48,084 bases of DNA, taken from Ktedonobacterales bacterium. Lineage in GTDB: Bacteria > Chloroflexota > Ktedonobacteria > Ktedonobacterales > JADMIN01. Location of the stretch: assembly GCA_035642255.1 (NCBI GenBank), contig DASQSS010000381.1, positions 1 to 48,084 on the forward strand, read 5' to 3'. Positions 43,650 through 48,084 of this stretch are shown here, piece after piece; position 1 is the first letter of the stretch; every line of letters starts with the position of its first letter. The notes under the pieces are model-generated. The model searched no databases. It had not been told where the DNA came from and worked only from the letters and a program-made list of their open reading frames with translations. A program made the translations under genes and the position numbers.

Positions 43650-44549
43650 TTAGCCGCCGAGCAGCCGCCAGCGGGCATCGATTCCAGGTGGTCGGCCCAC
43701 GACGCCCTCTAAGGCGAGTGGAGAGCGCTCTGGCGCCACGGCGTCCGCGGCGCTTTCCGCCACCCGCTCCGCGCGCCCTTCGCGCTCCAGCTTGAGCAGT
43801 CCGGCCAGCGTCGAATACGCCGCTACGGGCCACATCTCCGGCGCGACATCCGTATAGATGCGCGCCACCAGGTCGCTCACGCGCTGCCCTTGCGGGCTGT
43901 CGCCATCGTTGAGCGCGGTGAGGAGTTGACGCTCACGCTGCTCGCGGTGGGCGATGTAGCCTTCCAGCAGCGCCCGCGTATCCTCACGCGCTGGGCCATG
44001 CCCGGGCGCCAGCAGCCGCGTATCGTGTGGATCGAGCGTGAGCAGACGTCGCAGCGAGGCGAGGTAGTCGTTCAGGTCGCCCTCGGGCGGCGCGATGACC
44101 ACCGTTCCGGCGCCCGCCACCAGATCACCCGCGAAGATCGTTCCGGCTCCCTCCAGCAGAAAACACAGGTGATCGTAGCGATGCCCCGGAGTGAAGAGCG
44201 CCCGCAACTGCCGGTCACCCAGATGCACCAGCGCATTGTCGGCCAGGGTAGCGTCGGCGACGGGCGTTCCTTCGCGGCTATAGGCCCAGACCGGCGCGCC
44301 CGTCAGCGCGCGCAGCCGCGCCGCTCCCGCGACATGATCGGGATGCCCATGCGTCACCAGCAGCGCCCGCGCGCCACCATGCTCGCGCGCCGCCGCAGCA
44401 ACCGCCGCCAGATGCGACTCGATCTCTGGCCCGGGGTCGATCACCACGCAGCCCTCCGAGCCTGCCACGATATAGGTGTTCGTTCCTTGCAGCGTCATCG
44501 GCGACGGATTCGGCGCCAGAATGACCGAGACTCCCTCTGGAAGCGACAT
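43650..44549 (-). CDS. MBL-fold metallo-hydrolase
   Basis: THGHPDH motif plus downstream His/Asp ligand blocks. ATG 44549 is preceded by AAGGAGG. Confidence 0.85.
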   Translation of the reverse strand: MSLPEGVSVILAPNPSPMTLQGTNTYIVAGSEGCVVIDPGPEIESHLAAVAAAAREHGGARALLVTHGHPDHVAGAARLRALTGAPVWAYSREGTPVADATLADNALVHLGDRQLRALFTPGHRYDHLCFLLEGAGTIFAGDLVAGAGTVVIAPPEGDLNDYLASLRRLLTLDPHDTRLLAPGHGPAREDTRALLEGYIAHREQRERQLLTALNDGDSPQGQRVSDLVARIYTDVAPEMWPVAAYSTLAGLLKLEREGRAERVAESAADAVAPERSPLALEGVVGRPPGIDARWRLLGG

Positions 44550-44756
44550 CGCAGCCTCCTTAGCGCCACTCACACGCCGCGCTATGTACAGTCATTTCGG
44601 CGTGCTCAGCCTCTGAGTGGCCTCACCTCAGTATCTCGGCGGGCGCCTGCCGCTGTCAATGGAACTCGCCGCCGAGTAGCAGACCACGATGTCTGAACGG
44701 GGCGCCGCATTATCCTGAGCGGAGAGGGAACAGTGGCTGTGTGTTATCATCAGCGG

Positions 44757-45257
44757 ATGAATACTTCCAGAGATGAACGACTGGCGCACGCCGTCACGCT
44801 ACGCGAGCATGGCCACCTTGAGCAGGCGCTCCCACTGTTGCTGAAGCTGCGGGCGGAGTTCCCTGATGACGCGCAGATTGCTGTGCAGACCGCGTGGGTC
44901 CACGATAGCCTGGGGCTGGAGGAGGAAGCGGTCCCGCACTACGAAGCGGCGATCGCGAGCGACCTCCCGGATGAGCAGTTGCGCGGCGCGCTGCTCGGTC
45001 TGGGTAGCACCTACCGCACGCTGGGCCGCGACGCAGACTCCGACCGCATCCTGCGGCAGGGCATCGAGCGCTTCCCAGACTTCAAGGCGTTTCGGGTGTT
45101 CCATGCGCTGCTGACCTACAATCTCGGCCAGCCGCGCGCGGCCATCGAGCAGTTGATCTCTGTGCTTGTGGAGACGACATCAGACCCCAGCATCCAGCGG
45201 TACCGCAGGGCGCTCTCCTCATATGCCGAGGACCTGGATCGCAGCTGGCTCGCCTGA
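44757..45257 (+). CDS. Tetratricopeptide-repeat protein
   Basis: Repeated 34-residue helical pattern (A..L...G..E.A...Y..A). Confidence 0.7.
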   Translation: MNTSRDERLAHAVTLREHGHLEQALPLLLKLRAEFPDDAQIAVQTAWVHDSLGLEEEAVPHYEAAIASDLPDEQLRGALLGLGSTYRTLGRDADSDRILRQGIERFPDFKAFRVFHALLTYNLGQPRAAIEQLISVLVETTSDPSIQRYRRALSSYAEDLDRSWLA

Positions 45258-45270
45258 GGCTCACAATTCG

Positions 45271-46221
45271 TTAGTCACAGAGCGCCGCCAGGTCGGCGCG
45301 CAAAACGTCCACCTGATGCTGTGTAAAGCGATTTGGCGGACGTTTCCGTTGGCTGTGGCTGAGCGCACGCGTGTTGATGAACAGGCTAGCAAAGCGAATG
45401 CTTCGCTCGGCGTCGGCGGCAAGCGGGATCACATCCGCATAGCCATGGAGCAGTGGCGGCAGGAGCGTCGCCGCGAGGTATTCGCCATCGCGCATGTGGA
45501 AGTGGGCGAGGTCATACCAGCGACTCCCGCCGCGCATCTCGCCGAAGTCGATGACGCCCGTATATGCGCCATCGCGCTGATAGACTGCCGTGGCGTCGAA
45601 GTCGCCATGTGCGAGCCAGCTCTCTCCGTCATCCAGCCACGTCGCGTGTACGGCGAGCGCCTGTTCGAGTCGCGCGACATCCTTGGGGCGCAGCGTAGCC
45701 GTGTCCGTGAGGAACGCCAGATCGGCTGTCCACGCCTCCAGCATGAATGCTCGATTGGTAGATAGGGGCGCCCGCAGCCTCTGGAGGCCCGGCGCGCGAG
45801 CTATCCAGCCAAAGCCATCGACCTGAACACTGTTGATGCGGGCAAGGTCCCGGCCAGTCTCGACCATAATCGCATCGAGCGCTCGCGTATCGAGATGCGA
45901 CGATTGGCTAAGCGGCGCGCCTGGAATCTCCGTCACAATCGTGACTGAGCGCTGGAGCGGTTCATAGAGCGGCTCATAGAAGACGACTTCGGGAGCATTG
46001 ACGCCAAGCGCGCGCATCCGCTCATGCGCGACAACCTCAGGACCGAAGCTCGCTCCCGCCTCTGGAAGGATGCGAAGATAGAAGGTCTTGTCCTGCGCAA
46101 GAACGCGGTAGACTTTGGTAGAGACGCCCTCGGTGACCCGCTCTACCTGAGTCACGTTGGACGCGAAGACACGTCGCAGAAGCGGCGCAAGGAGGTCACG
46201 CTCCGAGGGTTGGCCCGCCAT
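45271..46221 (-). CDS. Aminoglycoside-phosphotransferase (APH)/choline-kinase-family kinase
   Basis: N-lobe (STKVYRV...FYLRI), catalytic LAHGDFDATAV and metal-binding VIDFGE blocks. Confidence 0.8.
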   Translation of the reverse strand: MAGQPSERDLLAPLLRRVFASNVTQVERVTEGVSTKVYRVLAQDKTFYLRILPEAGASFGPEVVAHERMRALGVNAPEVVFYEPLYEPLQRSVTIVTEIPGAPLSQSSHLDTRALDAIMVETGRDLARINSVQVDGFGWIARAPGLQRLRAPLSTNRAFMLEAWTADLAFLTDTATLRPKDVARLEQALAVHATWLDDGESWLAHGDFDATAVYQRDGAYTGVIDFGEMRGGSRWYDLAHFHMRDGEYLAATLLPPLLHGYADVIPLAADAERSIRFASLFINTRALSHSQRKRPPNRFTQHQVDVLRADLAALCD

Positions 46222-46233
46222 GGCAAAGCTCCA

Positions 46234-47022
46234 CTACTCCCACGGTAGCAGGATGACATCCTCGTCGTCGCGGCGCTCGACACGAGGCATGATGGTGCGC
46301 GGAACCTTGCCGGCGAAACGCGCCCGCGCTTCGTCCATCGTGGCGAGTCCGCTCAGTTCACGGAGCTGATGGATGGTAGCGAAAACCAGCGGAAACTCGC
46401 CCCGCTCGTAGCCCGCCAGCGCATCTTCCGGCAAGACCCACGCGCTGTGCGTCACTTCCAGGTTGTCATGGGCTGGCTCCTGCCCATCAGGCGCCTCAAC
46501 CAGAAAGAAGTGCGTGTCGAAGCGCTTGGGCCAGGCTTCTGGCGTGATCCAGTGCGCCCAGTGCAGCAGGATATCGGTCGCCAACGTGATGCTCTCGCGC
46601 TGCGCCACCTCCAGCAGCGTGGTCGTTCTGCCGTTCAGTCCGTCACGAAAGGCGGCGAGGCGCGCCAGATCGGCCGTCGCCACCCGCAGTGGCTCACCAT
46701 CTCTGCGCGCCACCAGCGCCCCAGCCTCCTCGAACAGCTCGCGGATCGCCGCCACGCGGAAGCCTGAGCCGAGCGTTGTCGGCCCTTCGTCCACCGCCAC
46801 GCAGACACCGGGCGCCCGCTCAGCGGCGCGGTCCGCGTCACTCACCGAGCCGCCGGGAAAGACGTAGACATCAGGTACGAACTCGCTTCGCACATGGCGC
46901 CGCACCATGAAAACTTCGATGCCGCCAGCCGCACGCTCACGCGCCATCACCGTTGCGGAAGCGGGCCGCGGCGTCACAGGCGCCAACGACGAGATACGAT
47001 CAGCGTCTGAGCGTGAGGACAT
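46234..47022 (-). CDS. NUDIX hydrolase
   Basis: Nudix-box elements FPGGSV...AAIRELFEEAGAL. ATG 47022 lies 6 nt after AAGGAG. Confidence 0.8.
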   Translation of the reverse strand: MSSRSDADRISSLAPVTPRPASATVMARERAAGGIEVFMVRRHVRSEFVPDVYVFPGGSVSDADRAAERAPGVCVAVDEGPTTLGSGFRVAAIRELFEEAGALVARRDGEPLRVATADLARLAAFRDGLNGRTTTLLEVAQRESITLATDILLHWAHWITPEAWPKRFDTHFFLVEAPDGQEPAHDNLEVTHSAWVLPEDALAGYERGEFPLVFATIHQLRELSGLATMDEARARFAGKVPRTIMPRVERRDDEDVILLPWE

Positions 47023-47103
47023 TGCGAACTCCTTCGTGCGACCGAAACGACCGAAGCCAGCGTATCACATCGCGCCTGGCGCGTCTCACCGGACCTCGCA
47101 TGG

Positions 47104-48084
47104 TCAGACCGCCTCTGCCGCCTCTGCCGCCACGGGCGCGTCGGGCGCGTCGGGCGCGTCGGGCGCGTCGGGCCGTCCCACAGGCGACCCACTCCGTAAC
47201 TGCCTCCACAGCGCATCGTCACTATCGCTGGACACGAAGCTCGTGATCAGCCATGTCCACTCCGCGAGCAATTCTTGCGCATCCGGACGCGGACTCGCCA
47301 GGGCAAAGCGCAACACATGCAGCAGTGCGCGCACGCTATGAAACCGCGCCTCCGGCCAGGTGGCGCATCCCTCACGCGCATAGGCGCGCCAGAAAGCCCG
47401 CGCGGCGCTCACCCCGGGACGCGCATTCCCGGTGTCGAACCACGCCATCGCCAGCAGCTGCGCCAGACATGTGCCTACGTCGAACCCCAGCGGACGCCAT
47501 GCGAAGGTTTCGAAGTCGAGCACAGTTGTCGTGAGACGCGAATCCAGAAGCACCTGGCCAGGGTGAAAATCGCCATGCGAAGGCGCCCGCTTCTCTTCCG
47601 GTGGATGGTCGAGCGCCGCGGCCTGATCGAGGGCAGCGGACAGGCCCTGGTGGCGTGGGAAAGACAGCCGGAGATCCTCGATCAGGCTGTCAAATGGCTC
47701 GTCCATCTCTATTGGTGGCGGAAAGTCTTCCTCAACAGCAATCGTGGTGGATTGCAGACGCGCGAGCCAGCGGGCAGCCGCTCGGGCAGCTGAGGTAGCG
47801 CGTGCGGCCGATGTCTGCGGATTCGCCAGCAGCGCCCGCAATGTCGTTCCCAGGACTTCCGGCTGAGCCATCACGCCTTCATCGAGGAGAGCGCCAAGTA
47901 GTCGCGGCGCCCGGTAGCGCGACGGAGCGCACATGCCCGCCCGCGCCAGCGTCTCCAGCGCTTCGATCTCGGTTCCGTTCCGAACGTGCGGCCCCGCCTT
48001 GACCACAAGCCGAAGCGTGACCGGGCGGGACGCGCCCACCTCACGATAGGTCAGCTGGCAGAAGACGACCTTGGAGCTCCAACG
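47104..48084 (-). CDS. APH-family kinase, 5' end runs off the window
   Basis: PSHGDFHPGQVLL and VLDFETF blocks. The frame stays open to the window edge (…RWSSKVVFCQLTYREVGAS…), so the N-terminus is probably truncated here. The C-terminal tail is (DAP)4 and (AEA)2 repeats. Confidence 0.7.
   Translation of the reverse strand, partial: RWSSKVVFCQLTYREVGASRPVTLRLVVKAGPHVRNGTEIEALETLARAGMCAPSRYRAPRLLGALLDEGVMAQPEVLGTTLRALLANPQTSAARATSAARAAARWLARLQSTTIAVEEDFPPPIEMDEPFDSLIEDLRLSFPRHQGLSAALDQAAALDHPPEEKRAPSHGDFHPGQVLLDSRLTTTVLDFETFAWRPLGFDVGTCLAQLLAMAWFDTGNARPGVSAARAFWRAYAREGCATWPEARFHSVRALLHVLRFALASPRPDAQELLAEWTWLITSFVSSDSDDALWRQLRSGSPVGRPDAPDAPDAPDAPVAAEAAEAV
47134..47169 (-). repeat. In-frame 9-bp tandem repeat x4 (GGGCGCGTC) encoding (DAP)4
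   Basis: Four perfect units and a degenerate fifth, preceded by GCCTCTGCC x2 (47111-47128). Both lie in the last ~25 codons of the APH-family gene. Confidence 0.9.

Overview
A 48-kb, high-GC (roughly 65%) bacterial chromosomal segment with about 45 protein-coding genes. I found no rRNA, tRNA, CRISPR array, transposase or integrase. The taxon cannot be fixed from sequence. RRM-type Gly-rich RNA-binding proteins, GC-rich palindromic intergenic elements and the gene content are reminiscent of Chloroflexota, at low confidence.

Layout:
- 0.2-3.3 kb: glyoxylate shunt pair (isocitrate lyase, malate synthase A).
- 3.4-4.3 kb: an AT-richer RHH/PIN toxin-antitoxin cassette bracketed by a perfect 28-bp direct repeat.
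- 5.2-16.9 kb, minus strand: housekeeping and miscellaneous genes (REC-disordered-GspE_N protein, DUF1684, pentapeptide repeat protein, RNase PH, beta-propeller protein, pyruvate kinase, CoaE, ABC-F ATPase, zinc ribbon).
- 17.2-21.2 kb: nadB-nadC-nadA operon with an extended -10 promoter and a 17-bp palindrome.
- 23.3-40.8 kb: the most unusual region. It is an almost entirely co-directional stress island. It holds five paralogous tandem universal-stress-protein (USP) genes, Hsp20, a YflT-like general stress protein, a DsrE/TusA/SQR sulfide module with an orphan cytochrome b6-like fusion protein, and a TPCP-type P1B ATPase overlapping an erythrin-VIT1 (MbfA-like) gene. The spacers are long and structured and carry a recurring GTGATG/TGTGATGAC box. 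No regulator gene lies in the window.
- 40.8-48.1 kb: RRM RNA-binding protein, ribosomal protein S21, an MBL hydrolase and a kinase-NUDIX-kinase operon.

All functional calls rest on motif recognition in the translated ORFs, not on database searches.
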